A stretch of DNA of 64,000 nt from an uncultured Burkholderiales bacterium. GTDB lineage: Bacteria; Pseudomonadota; Gammaproteobacteria; Burkholderiales; JAEUOS01. The notes below the pieces were generated by a model. The model did not search any database. It was not told where the DNA came from and saw nothing but the letters and a program-made list of their open reading frames with translations. Below, one piece after another: positions 26,101-35,684 of this stretch. Made by a program: the position numbers and the translations under genes. How positions within the stretch are numbered: the first letter of the stretch is position 1; the number at the start of each line of letters is the position of its first letter. The stretch lies in NCBI GenBank assembly GCA_964470865.1, contig CAYYFR010000005.1, positions 10,858-74,857 of the forward strand, given 5' to 3'.

Positions 26101-26667
26101 AGTGTCGGCTCGAAAGTGCTGTATTTCGCCGGCTACAAGAAAACCATCGACCGCTACAAGGTCGAGGAAATCGAGCGTGCCGCCGACCTGGTGGTGTGGT
26201 GTTGCGACGAAGAGCCCGGCTTCGCGCCAACGCGCCCGCAGGACCGCACTTTCGTGGGCAACATCGTGCAGGCGATGGACGCCTATGCCTCCGGGCGCCT
26301 GGGCGACATCGGCATCCGGCTTGAAGATGCCGACCGCATCATCGCCATCGGCTCGGACCGCATGATGGCCGCGGTCGGGCGCGCGCGCCACCATGTGCTG
26401 AAACCGCATCTGAAGGTGCAACACATCGCCCTGGGCTCGATCAATTCGCCGATGCAATGCATGATGAAAGAGATCTGCGCGCAATGCCTGCAGCCGCACC
26501 ACGACCCGGTGACCGGCGAGACGACTTACGTGTTCTCCTGCTTCAACCAGGATCAGGAACTCGACCGCGTGGATTTCGGCATCCTGAATGACCGGCTGGC
26601 GCAGAATTCCTTGCAAGAGAAGCTCACGGCCAAGTGGATTGCGCGCTGCCAGGCTGGCGGCGCTTAG
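23110..26667 (+). CDS. Large multidomain flavin/Fe-S oxidoreductase: Cys-rich segment, GltD-like NAD(P)/FAD module and PyrK/FNR-like C-terminal module
   Basis: ORF 22885-26667, trimmed to ATG 23110 (MLNLAFDL). Cys-rich segment (CIWCHKQGKDSC, GCPLEE, CNDCMKSC). Dinucleotide folds VLVAGMGPAGFGLS and VVVIGGGLTAIDTA. FNR-like GQFYRLQ...ALVGGGLGNAVLFSIG and terminal CMMKEICAQC. Confidence 0.8.
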   Translation: MLNLAFDLQFPDLYNLPGLSRVDAAFLAHLAESDMGLRARLGEARKNPAAQDARAESELLLDLSPHMDDFLGQLFGISAEVSALAERHHELAPLFEVKRQFVQRKAAKTHDAVAAASFDGAALGAELGSLLGAAASDVAAFELAFARQVKRWQADETGFAGSLDLALKYAAWALLTEAGAHHHAPGVLFKAPRKIDPLTVIDHAIERRQVDGTTTFTIKPAHIRRRQGFKLTDAGTDLTGALDQANYCIWCHKQGKDSCSTGLKEKPAADGGVAFKRTVFGVRQAGCPLEEKISEFHMAKVAGNAIGALAIIAVDNPLAAATGHRICNDCMKSCIYQKQEPVNIPQAETRTLKDVLELPWGFEIYSLLTRWNPLNLRRPLPAVPSGYKVLVAGMGPAGFGLSHNLLNDGHTVVGIDGLKIEPLAQSLSGVRLDGSRTAFEPIRDFAEIKEELDERTMAGFGGVAEYGITVRWDKSFLKVIRLLLERRAEFALFGGVRFGGTVTLDDAWALGFDHVALAIGAGRPTVLDIPNGFARGVRTASDFLMALQLTGAAKADSIANMQLRLPVVVIGGGLTAIDTATESLAYYQVQVEKFLARHEILVKEQGISAVRAAWRDEEREVAEEFLAHARAIRAERETAARQGREPRVIELLRNWGGVTIAYRRRLVDSPSYTLNHEEVELALQEGISFAEGLTPKRADIDNYGAVKGMAFARSRIKADGKFEGDGDTWLPAHTVFVAAGTQPNTVLAREGDAAARAQFKVDGKYFAACDEDGQALKPESSISKPRKADVLLAKTADGRFVSYFGDVHPSYFGNVVKALGSAKQGFPVVTRVLAQRAPSLCAAASAGAAHGVTHPNPFIAHLNSDWRATVHEVVRLTPTIIEVVIKAPAAARKFEPGQFYRLQNFESLAPFVKDTRLQMEGLAMTGAWVDREAGLVSTIALEMGGSSNLCASLKPGEAVILMGPTGAPTHIVPDQTVALVGGGLGNAVLFSIGQAFRSVGSKVLYFAGYKKTIDRYKVEEIERAADLVVWCCDEEPGFAPTRPQDRTFVGNIVQAMDAYASGRLGDIGIRLEDADRIIAIGSDRMMAAVGRARHHVLKPHLKVQHIALGSINSPMQCMMKEICAQCLQPHHDPVTGETTYVFSCFNQDQELDRVDFGILNDRLAQNSLQEKLTAKWIARCQAGGA

Positions 26668-26798
26668 CCTTGGTGCCGGAGCAAGCGCTGCAGCTATCGC
26701 GGGCCGTGACGTTTGCAGCAAGACTCGGCATGGACCGTTGGCGACAACATGTCGCCAAGCGCCGGTCGCGCCCCGGTCACCCGGCTGAACCTGCGCCG

Positions 26799-29700
26799 CT
26801 AAAAAGGCGCAGCCCCGGTTTTCTCGAACAGCTCGCGCGCGCGGCCGGCATGCGTGGCGTCTCCGGTCCGCGACGCAAATTCATGGTGCGTGCGCGCCAG
26901 CACGTACAGGGCGCCAACAGCCTCCGCTGCGTGTTGCGCGGCATGCCACAGCCGCGTCGCGCGCGCCGGATTTCCGCTCAGCCAGGCATGCACGCCCTGC
27001 AGTCGCAAGGCCTCGGCCGCGCTTTCATCGTGCACCGCGCGCCCATGCCGGCCAGCACGGGCACAGGCGCTGGCCGCCTGTCGCAGCATGGCATGGCGTC
27101 GCGACGCGTCGCTGATGCGCTCTACCAGGCACAAATAAGCATCGGCTGACACCAGCACCGGCGCCGATGCCGACATGCCGCTGATGCGGTAGTCCCTGAT
27201 CAGCGATTCGCAACGGTCAAGCAAGCCGATTGCGGTGTCGACCTGCCCGGCCAGGGCATGACACAGAGCCCGTCTGGCACACGCGCCCGCCAGAAAGCGG
27301 TAATCCGGAATTGCCTCGTATGCGGCGCTGGCCGTCTCGAACATGCCGAGGGCGGCGGCATGTTCGCCGCGATACAGGTGCGCCACGCCGGCGGCGTTGA
27401 TGCCCCAGGCCGTTACGTGGTCGTCACCGATCGCGGTGCCGACTTCCAGTTGCCGCGCTGCCAGGTCCATCCAGCGCACGTCGCCCATGGAGCGCAGGAC
27501 AAAATAGGCCGCGCCGGTGCACGATGCCCACCAGCGCAAGTGACCTGCGGCATCGAGTTCCCGTGCCCCGGCATCGAGTGTCGCGAGTGCGCCCGCCCAA
27601 TCCCCGCGACTGTATTGATGCATGCCCCGCAGGTGAAGGCAATAGCCTTGCGCCAGCCTGTCATCGAGTTGCCGCGCGGCACGCAACGCTCGCCGATGCA
27701 GCATCGCACCGATCCGGTACAGCCCGAGCGAATCGCAGATCAATCCGAGCGATGCGGTACTGATCGCCAGCCCGCGCGACAAGGGCCGCCGCTCGGCCTC
27801 GTCGAGCATGGTGAGAATGTCAAATGCAAAACGCGTCGGATGCAGGAAGTAGTCGATGGAACCGATCACCTCGAACAACTGCGAAGCTGTCGCATAAGCC
27901 GGATCCGCCGGACGGGCACCACCCAACCCTGCGGGATGGAACGGGCGCAGCACTCGTCGTACCGAGCGTCCAAGCAAGGTGCGGACAATCGCCACATAAG
28001 TGGCTTGAGGCGTGACTGGATAGGGGAACCCGAGCTCGGCCAAGGCCCCCAACGCATGCTTCAGGGCGGCTTCATTGCGCCCCAGGCGATGCATGGCTTC
28101 GGCCATGTGCGTGGCCACCTGCGCGCGTCGCACGCGGTCCATCGGGCGCGACGACGCCAGCGCCGCACCCAGCGCGCTTTCGTAGAGATCCAGCGCCTCG
28201 GTGTCAGCTGCGATCCGCCCAGCCTCGCCACCGGCAAGAAACAGGTATTCCTGGGCGCGGTCCCATTCCTGGGCGCAGGCGAAATGATGCGCGAGCAGTG
28301 GATAGATTTCCTGCAAACGATCAGCGCACAATCGCTCGAACGCAGCCCCCACCTGGCCATGCAACTGGCGGCGCTGCTCTTCGAGCAGGCTGTCGTAGAC
28401 CGCCTGCTGGATTAGCGGGTGGCAGAAAGCGCAGCCCGGATCCTGCGACGTCGGCGCGTCGGCGAGCAATTCCGCGGCCTTGAGCCTTGCGAGATCGCCG
28501 TCCAGGTCGGGATGCGCCTGCGCGACCGCCTCAAGCACGCGCAAGCTGAAGCTGCGCCCGATAACCGCCGCCAGTTTGAGAAGTTGTTTGGCGCGGCCGT
28601 CGAGTCGATCGACGCGCGCCAGAATCACTCCTTCAATGCGGTCGGGTAGCAGATTCGCATCCAGGCGCCCGGTGGTGCGCCATCCGCCTCCCAAGCGGTC
28701 AGGTTCGATCGCCTGGGTTGCCACCAGGGTGCGCACCAGTTCTCCGAGGTAAAACGGATTGCCGCCCGAGCGGCGCAACAAGTAGGCTTCGAGTGTGCTC
28801 GGCACGGGGCCAGGCGGCAGCAGCTGAGCAACCAACGCGCGCACCTCGGTCTGGTCAAGCGGCGCCAGCGCGATCGCAGCATGCAAACCTGCCAGCTGCC
28901 CGTCGCCGCGAAGCGCATGCGCCAGGCCAGCGACGCTGCCGCTTTCGCCACCTGGTCGATATGCGATCACGAAAAGTATCGGCAGTTTCAACGCCAGCGG
29001 CAGCAAATGCTGTAGCAAGGCCGCGGAGGAGCTATCGGCCCACTGCCAATCGTCCAGCACAAACGCAAGCGGGCGCGCCTGCGCCAAGCGCTCCACCACG
29101 CGCAGGCTGGTGAAAAATATCTGGTGCCCGGTCGCCTGGCCTTCGAGCGCCTGCAGGCGCTGCGCGTCCGCGCCCTGGGGATGAAGCCCTAGCAGCAAGG
29201 AGACAAACGGCGTGATGTCCGCCGACTCCGCGCCGAACAAATCGTCGATTGCTCTTGCCACTTTGCGCAAGGCGCTTGCTTCGTCGTCCTCTTCAGCGAT
29301 GCCCAATGCGTCACGCATGAGCGCGCGAAACGGCAGGTAGCTGATGGGTTTTCCATACGAGACGCAGGTGCCCTGCACCCAGCGCACACCGTTGGCCAGC
29401 GCCAGCATCTGCGCTTCAGCCAGCAGCCGGGACTTTCCCAGCCCGGCCTCACCCACGATGCTCACAATGCCGCCGATACCGCCGCACGCCCTTTCCATCG
29501 CCGCCCGCAGGGCCGCCCACTGACTGCCGCGGCCGACCAATTCTGCGTCGACATCAAATCCCGCCGGGCGGTGCAGGGCCTGCGCCCCCTCTGCGATGAG
29601 CTCAAACACCTCGATCGGCAGGGCCTTGCCCTTGACTTTGCGCGCACCGAGCGCGCGGATTTCCACAAACGCTGCAATCGCCTTGGCCACCGGCACGCTG

Positions 29701-30278
29701 CAAACCACCTGACCCGGTTGTGCCTCGGTTTGCAGGCGGGCCGCCACGTTTGCCGTGTCGCCGATCGCAGTCACACTCGCGCCCTGCTTGTCGCCCACTG
29801 GTCCGAACACGACCGGGCCGCTGTTGAGGCCGATGCGAATACGCAACTGCTCGCCCGCAGGCAGTGTGGACCAGACACGCGCAGCCACCGCGTCGCGAAT
29901 CGCCAGCGCGGCCAGCGCGGCCCGCCGGGCGTGATCCTCGCGGGCGATCGGCGCACCGAACAGCGCCATGAAACCATCGCCAAGAAACTGGTTCAGATCG
30001 CCGTCGTACTGGCGCACATGGGCTTCGGCGACCGGCATGAACTCGTTCAACACACGATGCATGCGATCAGCGCCCAGCTTCGCCGCCAGCGAAGTCGAGC
30101 CAACAATGTCGCAAAAGAGGATGGTGACCTGCTTGCGTTCGCCGCCGGCAACTCCGCCCAACTCGGCGTCGGCGCTAGGCACCGCTTCCGGCAATAACCG
30201 ACTCCCGCACTCGCCGCAGAATTTCTGACCGGGCGAAAAGGCCGAACCGCAAGCGGCGCATTGCGTAGCTGCCGTCAT
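26799..30278 (-). CDS. Zinc-ribbon / class III nucleotidyl cyclase / STAND (AAA) NTPase / TPR-like multidomain signalling protein
   Basis: ORF 26799-30338, trimmed to MTAATQCAACGS...CGECG (30278). Cyclase motifs TILFCDIVGST, FLGDGFMALFG, GDTANVAARL. Walker A GEAGLGKSRLL and Walker B FVLDDWQWAD. Long helical-repeat C-terminus. Confidence 0.85.
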   Translation of the reverse strand: MTAATQCAACGSAFSPGQKFCGECGSRLLPEAVPSADAELGGVAGGERKQVTILFCDIVGSTSLAAKLGADRMHRVLNEFMPVAEAHVRQYDGDLNQFLGDGFMALFGAPIAREDHARRAALAALAIRDAVAARVWSTLPAGEQLRIRIGLNSGPVVFGPVGDKQGASVTAIGDTANVAARLQTEAQPGQVVCSVPVAKAIAAFVEIRALGARKVKGKALPIEVFELIAEGAQALHRPAGFDVDAELVGRGSQWAALRAAMERACGGIGGIVSIVGEAGLGKSRLLAEAQMLALANGVRWVQGTCVSYGKPISYLPFRALMRDALGIAEEDDEASALRKVARAIDDLFGAESADITPFVSLLLGLHPQGADAQRLQALEGQATGHQIFFTSLRVVERLAQARPLAFVLDDWQWADSSSAALLQHLLPLALKLPILFVIAYRPGGESGSVAGLAHALRGDGQLAGLHAAIALAPLDQTEVRALVAQLLPPGPVPSTLEAYLLRRSGGNPFYLGELVRTLVATQAIEPDRLGGGWRTTGRLDANLLPDRIEGVILARVDRLDGRAKQLLKLAAVIGRSFSLRVLEAVAQAHPDLDGDLARLKAAELLADAPTSQDPGCAFCHPLIQQAVYDSLLEEQRRQLHGQVGAAFERLCADRLQEIYPLLAHHFACAQEWDRAQEYLFLAGGEAGRIAADTEALDLYESALGAALASSRPMDRVRRAQVATHMAEAMHRLGRNEAALKHALGALAELGFPYPVTPQATYVAIVRTLLGRSVRRVLRPFHPAGLGGARPADPAYATASQLFEVIGSIDYFLHPTRFAFDILTMLDEAERRPLSRGLAISTASLGLICDSLGLYRIGAMLHRRALRAARQLDDRLAQGYCLHLRGMHQYSRGDWAGALATLDAGARELDAAGHLRWWASCTGAAYFVLRSMGDVRWMDLAARQLEVGTAIGDDHVTAWGINAAGVAHLYRGEHAAALGMFETASAAYEAIPDYRFLAGACARRALCHALAGQVDTAIGLLDRCESLIRDYRISGMSASAPVLVSADAYLCLVERISDASRRHAMLRQAASACARAGRHGRAVHDESAAEALRLQGVHAWLSGNPARATRLWHAAQHAAEAVGALYVLARTHHEFASRTGDATHAGRARELFEKTGAAPF

Positions 30279-30369
30279 CGCGGGGCAGCGTCGCGCAATG
30301 TCCGGGACAAGCTTTTGCGACCGCCCAACCTGCACCACCGAAGCATCATCGCCCCTCGCTTATCCGGTG

Positions 30370-30391
30370 ATTTGCATCGCCTTATGCAAAT
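30370..30391. promoter_or_regulatory. AT-rich inverted repeat ATTTGCAT-N6-ATGCAAAT upstream of the cyclase-STAND gene
   Basis: Perfect 8-bp arms, located 92-113 bp upstream of ATG 30278 and 89-110 bp downstream of the parC stop. No U-tract, so it is more likely a binding site than a terminator. Confidence 0.3.
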
Positions 30392-30479
30392 TACCTCGAA
30401 TTCATGCGCGGCGAAAGCCGCAGCAGCGTGGCGCCCCCGGGGCACAACCCTCGCGCGGACATCCAGGCGTATGGCAGCG

Positions 30480-33056
30480 CTACACCACGCCTACGCCCCG
30501 CAACCCGGCCGCCTTGATCTTCTCCACCAACATCTTCCCCTTGCGTGCCCGCCTGCCTTCGTAGGTCTTGAGCGCGCGCAAGCTAAGCGGCACGTTGAAC
30601 TCCTTGCCGCCACGCCCGGCGCCTTCGACGACGATGCCGCTGGCGCCCACCGCGGCCACCGCCAGCAGGGTCTCGCGCAATTCAAGCTCCATCAGGATCA
30701 CGCCGCGCCCGCTGCTCAGGGTGTTCACCTCGTCGACGCCAAACACCAGCAGGCGCTGCATGCTGCCCATCACCGCCAGCCTGGTCTGCCCGTCTTGCAC
30801 CAGGGCCGGGCGCACCGGTTCGCTCTTCTCGTCAAGCTTCTGAAAAGCCTTGCCGCCCTTGACGCGCGACAACATATCGCCCACCTTGCACTGAAAACCA
30901 TAACCATTGCTGCCGGCCACCAGCACACGCAGCTCCGCCGCTGCGGCCAGCATGTGCACCACCCGCGTGCCGGCCTCAAGGTCGATGAGGGAAGTGAGCG
31001 GTACACCATCGCCACGCGCACCCGGCAGTTGCGCCACCGGCACCGAATAGGCGCGGCCGTTGGAGCCCAGGAACACCGACTGGTCGACCGTGCGACATTC
31101 GAAGGCGCCGTACAACGCGTCACCTTCCTTGAAATTGAACAGGGCGGTGTCGTGGCCATGCCCCGAGCGCGCACGAACCCAGCCTTTTTCGGAAAAGATG
31201 ACCGTGACCGGTTCGTCGAGCACGGTTTGCGTCACCACCGAGCGCACGGCTTCTTCGATCAGGGTACGGCGCTCGTCGCCGAATTGCTTCGCGTCCGCCT
31301 CGATCTCCTTGATGACCAGTTTTTTCATCGCCGCTTCGTCGGCCAGCAGGTGCTGCAGATCCTCCTTCTCGCCCCTGAGGGACTGCAACTCCTGCTCGAT
31401 CTTGATGCCTTCCAGGCGCGCCAGCTGGCGCAGGCGGATCTCCAGAATGTCTTCTGCCTGAATCGCGGTGAGTTTGAACGCCTCGATCAACGCCGGCTTG
31501 GGTTCATCCGACTTGCGGATCACGCGGATCACGCGGTCGATGTTCAGGTAGACGATCATCCGCCCTTCGAGGATGTGGATGCGCTCGTCGACCTTGCCCA
31601 GCCGATGCTGCGTGCGGCGGGTCACCGTGGCGAAGCGGAACTCGCACCACTCGGCCAATACGTCCCTTAAAGACTTCTGTCGCGGCCTGCCGTCCAGGCC
31701 GATGGTCACCATGTTGAGCGACACCGACGATTCCATGCTGGTGTGTGCCAGGAGAGCGGTCATGAACTCGGTTTGGTCGATCTTCGAAGTCTTGGGCTCG
31801 AACACCAGGCGCACCGCAGCGTCCTTGCCGGATTCATCGCGCACCGCATCCAACAGCGACAGCACCAGCGCCTTCAGGTTTTGTTGCTCCAGGCTCAAGG
31901 CCTTCTTGCCGATGCGGATCTTCGGATTGGTAAGCTCCTCGATCTCTTCGAGCACTTTTTGCGAGGAAGTGCCGGGCGGCAGCTCGCTCACCACCAACTG
32001 CCACTGCCCGCGCGCCAGCTCTTCGACCGACCAGCGCGCGCGCACCTTGAGCGAGCCGCGTCCGGCAGCATAGACGTCCGCGATCTCGGCGCGTGATGAA
32101 ATGATCTGCCCGCCACCGGGAAAATCCGGGCCCGCCACATGTTCGAGCAATTCGTCGCTGCCGATTTTGGGTTTCCGCATCAGCGCCACTGCAGCCTTGG
32201 CTACTTCACGCAGATTGTGCGAAGGAATCTCGGTGGCCATGCCGACCGCGATGCCCGAGGCGCCATTGAGCAGGAGCATCGGCAGCCGTGCCGGCATGCG
32301 TTTGGGTTCTTCGAACGAACCGTCGTAGTTGGGCGCGAAATCAACCGTGCCCATGCCGATCTCGTCCAACAGCAGGCGGGCAATCGGCGTCAGCCTTGCC
32401 TCGGTGTAGCGCATCGCGGCGGCGCCGTCGCCGTCACGACTGCCGAAGTTGCCCTGGCCGTCGATCAGGGGGTAGCGCATCGAGAAACTCTGGGCCAGGC
32501 GCACCAGCGCATCGTAGGCCGATTGGTCGCCATGCGGGTGGTACTTGCCAAGCACATCACCCACCACGCGTGCGCTCTTGACCGGTTTGGCGCTGGCCGC
32601 CAAACCCATTTCGTGCATCGCGAAAATGATGCGCCGCTGCACCGGCTTCTGACCGTCGGCCACGTCCGGCAGGGCACGGCCCTTGACTACCGAGACCGCG
32701 TAGTCGAGATAGGCGCGCTCCGCATAGAGCGCCAGGGGCAGGTAGTCGCCGTCGGGCAACGGCGGCAGCGGCCCGCCACCACCAGTCGGTGGTGCAGCGC
32801 CACCACCGCCGTCGAGATTGTGGCCTGCTTCGTCGGTGACTCCAGACATCAGGGTTGGTGTCGGCGCCAGCGCATGCGTGTCGTCTTGCACTTGCAGCGC
32901 TTCCTCGTGCGCCTGCGCCGAAGCCGATGAATTGCTGTCCTGCTGGTTCAAATCGGAATCTTCCACTTCGTTGGGTTCTTCAATGGCGGCAAATAGATCG
33001 ACTTGCGCCGACGGCCGCCTGACCGAAGCCTTGGCCTTCAGACGCAACTTGCTCAC
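30480..33056 (-). CDS. parC: DNA topoisomerase IV subunit A
   Basis: [32 protein letters not shown] and the active-site region [10 protein letters not shown]. parE lies 4.7 kb upstream. GTG 33056 overlaps the upstream stop (GTGA). An internal ATG at 32849 is an alternative start. Confidence 0.9.
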   Translation of the reverse strand: MSKLRLKAKASVRRPSAQVDLFAAIEEPNEVEDSDLNQQDSNSSASAQAHEEALQVQDDTHALAPTPTLMSGVTDEAGHNLDGGGGAAPPTGGGGPLPPLPDGDYLPLALYAERAYLDYAVSVVKGRALPDVADGQKPVQRRIIFAMHEMGLAASAKPVKSARVVGDVLGKYHPHGDQSAYDALVRLAQSFSMRYPLIDGQGNFGSRDGDGAAAMRYTEARLTPIARLLLDEIGMGTVDFAPNYDGSFEEPKRMPARLPMLLLNGASGIAVGMATEIPSHNLREVAKAAVALMRKPKIGSDELLEHVAGPDFPGGGQIISSRAEIADVYAAGRGSLKVRARWSVEELARGQWQLVVSELPPGTSSQKVLEEIEELTNPKIRIGKKALSLEQQNLKALVLSLLDAVRDESGKDAAVRLVFEPKTSKIDQTEFMTALLAHTSMESSVSLNMVTIGLDGRPRQKSLRDVLAEWCEFRFATVTRRTQHRLGKVDERIHILEGRMIVYLNIDRVIRVIRKSDEPKPALIEAFKLTAIQAEDILEIRLRQLARLEGIKIEQELQSLRGEKEDLQHLLADEAAMKKLVIKEIEADAKQFGDERRTLIEEAVRSVVTQTVLDEPVTVIFSEKGWVRARSGHGHDTALFNFKEGDALYGAFECRTVDQSVFLGSNGRAYSVPVAQLPGARGDGVPLTSLIDLEAGTRVVHMLAAAAELRVLVAGSNGYGFQCKVGDMLSRVKGGKAFQKLDEKSEPVRPALVQDGQTRLAVMGSMQRLLVFGVDEVNTLSSGRGVILMELELRETLLAVAAVGASGIVVEGAGRGGKEFNVPLSLRALKTYEGRRARKGKMLVEKIKAAGLRGVGVV

Positions 33057-33862
33057 AAGGGTGCGGGCTGGCCCGGGGCAAGAGTGCCCGGTCTGGGCTC
33101 GACCATCAGGCCGGGCGCGGTCATGCCCTCTGGCGGCAGATTGCGGCGGCCGGGAATGGTGAGCCGGATGCGTCCGCTCTCCTGCACCCTGACCACCTTC
33201 TGCACCGGCTGCACGCCACCGCCGAAATGCTCATAGAACTGCATCACCAGCTTGACATAGGCCTGTGTTTCGGGGAACGGCGGGATGGTGTTGCGATATC
33301 TCTGCACCGCGCCCTCGCCGGCGTTGTAGCCGGCCAGTGCCAGTGACAAGTTGCCATCGAACATCTTGAGCAGGTCGCGCAAATAGCGCGTGCCGCCACC
33401 GACGTTCTCGATCGGATCCGTACTTTTCTTTACGCCGTAGCGCGCAGCGGTGCCGGGAATGAGTTGCATCAGCCCCACCGCACCCTTGGGCGAAACCGCC
33501 GCCGGATCGTAGGCCGACTCGACTGCGATCACCGCCTTGACCAGCGCAGGTTCAAGCTTCTGGCGCGTCGCTTCCTGGTGCACCAGGGATTCGAATTTGG
33601 CGACATTTGGTGTTTTCTGCAGGCGCTTGTAGATGATGTGGTCGCGCAATGCGTCGGTCGGCGGCAGGTACTTGAGCTCCGACGACAGCTTGAATTCGGT
33701 CTTGGTCTCGCCCTTGACGAACAACTCATAGCGGGCATCGAGCTTTTCATTGGCCAGATGGATTTTCCCCTGGTCGTCGACAAAACCATACAGATCCGCC
33801 AGCGCCGGCGACGCGCCGGCAGAAAGCAGCATGGAAACCATGGCGCAAGCAAGAAGCCTCAT
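33053..33862 (-). CDS. Lytic transglycosylase (SLT domain), secreted
   Basis: Signal peptide [25 protein letters not shown] motifs [22 protein letters not shown] and [10 protein letters not shown]. Confidence 0.85.
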   Translation of the reverse strand: MRLLACAMVSMLLSAGASPALADLYGFVDDQGKIHLANEKLDARYELFVKGETKTEFKLSSELKYLPPTDALRDHIIYKRLQKTPNVAKFESLVHQEATRQKLEPALVKAVIAVESAYDPAAVSPKGAVGLMQLIPGTAARYGVKKSTDPIENVGGGTRYLRDLLKMFDGNLSLALAGYNAGEGAVQRYRNTIPPFPETQAYVKLVMQFYEHFGGGVQPVQKVVRVQESGRIRLTIPGRRNLPPEGMTAPGLMVEPRPGTLAPGQPAPL

Positions 33863-33997
33863 GGCGCCATTCTAGAGGATGCGCCGGCTCCGGCCATCCA
33901 TGGAACTGCGCCAACAGGGCGCGCCACTATTGAAAATTGCGGAAAGCATGAAAAAAAGCGCCTCTGGCGGGACTGCCGTGTCTTTGGGTATGGACAA

Positions 33998-34666
33998 TCA
34001 ATCGAATTCCGGCCGCTCGTGCTTTTCGCCGAGGATGCGCATGTTGGTCGCAAGCGACGCCATGAAGGTTTTCTTGTCACCGCCTGCCGAATCCTGGCCC
34101 CATTGCATGGCCTGGCCTACGTATACGTCGACAAAAAACGGTACCGGTACAAACGCCCCCCGCGGCATCGCACGGCCCAGGCCGTGCATGAAGATCGGCA
34201 CCACCGGAACCAGAGGAAACTTCGAGGCCAGTACTGCCACTCCGGACTTGAGTTCCTGCATGCGCTCGGGCTCGCCGCGCGTACCTTCGGGAAAGATGAT
34301 CAGTATCTCGCCGCGTGCAAGCGCCGCATAGCACTCGGCCAGCGGATCGGCCTGGTCGGCGCCGCGCTTGCGGGCGATCGGAATGATGCCCACAAAATTG
34401 AGCGAGAACCAACCCAGCAAACCGGTCTTGAGAAAGTAGTCGGCGGCGGCCACCGGCCGCACCTTGGGGATCTGGCGCCACGGAAACAGGGTCAACATCG
34501 CCAGTGTGTCAAGGTGACTGTTGTGATTGGGCGTGACGATCGCAGGCCCCTGGCGCGGCAAACGGTTGCGGTGCCGCACGTTCATGCCCAGCACCACCAG
34601 ACAGATCGGCCAGGCGACCAGGATGAGGAAGGCCCAGCGGCACAGGGCACGCAAGAAAGGCGGCAT
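33998..34666 (-). CDS. Lysophospholipid (1-acyl-sn-glycerol-3-phosphate-type) acyltransferase, PlsC family
   Basis: ORF 33998-34888, trimmed to MPPFLRAL (34666; 1-nt TGATG overlap with the upstream stop). HX4D motif NHNSHLD and FPEGTRG. Confidence 0.85.
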   Translation of the reverse strand: MPPFLRALCRWAFLILVAWPICLVVLGMNVRHRNRLPRQGPAIVTPNHNSHLDTLAMLTLFPWRQIPKVRPVAAADYFLKTGLLGWFSLNFVGIIPIARKRGADQADPLAECYAALARGEILIIFPEGTRGEPERMQELKSGVAVLASKFPLVPVVPIFMHGLGRAMPRGAFVPVPFFVDVYVGQAMQWGQDSAGGDKKTFMASLATNMRILGEKHERPEFD

Positions 34667-35673
34667 CAGTAATGAAGGAAATACACGAAATGAAAAAAAG
34701 CCGGCGCGGTAAAGGTAAGGCTGTCGACCCGCCCGAGAATGCCGCCGTGCCCCACCGTCAGGGAATCGCCTTCCGACACCCCGAGATCGCGCTTGATCGC
34801 GGTGATGATGATGTCGCCCAGAAAGCCGCCAAAACCGATCAGAAGGCCTGCACCCAGCGCGTCGTAGAGCGACAAGGGGGTGAGCCACGGCGCCAGCAGC
34901 AGCGCCAGCGCGACTGTCACCGCCACCCCGCCCAGCAAGCCCTCGGCAGTCTTGCCCGGGTGCACCGAGGGCGTCACCTTGCGTCGCCCGATCAGTTTGC
35001 CCGCGACATACTGCGCGACATCGTTGAACTGGGTCAGAAACACCAGGTAGAACAACAAGGCCACGCCACCGCCCTGCGGATTGCCGGCCTCGGGCAGAGC
35101 CAGCAGGTAAGCCATGTGCGACAGGGAAAATACGCAGGTCATGAGGCCAAACTGCAACAGGCCGACCGCGCGCAGGAAGCCCCTGGTCTCGCCGATCAGC
35201 ACCATGCGCATCGGCAACGCCAGAAACCAGAACACCGGAATGAAAATGATGAACAGGCCATACCAGCCGGACCCGGCCAGCAGGTATTGCACGGGGATCG
35301 CCATATAGGCCCAGAACAGCACGCGATGATCAGCGCGCCGGGTCGGGATCAGCGACAGGTATTCCTTGAAGGCCACGAAGCTGATGAATGCGATGCAGAC
35401 AATGGAGAACCAGCGCGCGAACCCGAGCGCAAGCGTGGCCAGTATCACGATGAACCAGAAGCTGCGAACGCGCAGTCGAATTTCATTGAAGCCACGCGCG
35501 GGATTGCGGCGCCGCAAAAGCGCGATGGTCAGCGTCACCACGGCCAACAGGATGTAGCAGCCGAGAAACGTGTAGCCGACCGCCTGCGGAAACACCGGCG
35601 TCGGCAGCGCCTCGATGCCTTGTCGAATGGCATTGGCGCCCTTCTCGACCGGCCCCGCCCACGCCTCGGCCAT
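34666..35673 (-). CDS. Phosphatidate cytidylyltransferase-family (CdsA-like) membrane protein, divergent
   Basis: Polytopic protein. C-terminal family block GDIIITAIKRDLGVSEGDSLTVGHGGILGRVDSL. Start set to ATG 35673 (GAAGG upstream); TTG 35688 is also possible. Confidence 0.8.
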   Translation of the reverse strand: MAEAWAGPVEKGANAIRQGIEALPTPVFPQAVGYTFLGCYILLAVVTLTIALLRRRNPARGFNEIRLRVRSFWFIVILATLALGFARWFSIVCIAFISFVAFKEYLSLIPTRRADHRVLFWAYMAIPVQYLLAGSGWYGLFIIFIPVFWFLALPMRMVLIGETRGFLRAVGLLQFGLMTCVFSLSHMAYLLALPEAGNPQGGGVALLFYLVFLTQFNDVAQYVAGKLIGRRKVTPSVHPGKTAEGLLGGVAVTVALALLLAPWLTPLSLYDALGAGLLIGFGGFLGDIIITAIKRDLGVSEGDSLTVGHGGILGRVDSLTFTAPAFFHFVYFLHY

Positions 35674-35684
35674 GATGGGCGCCT

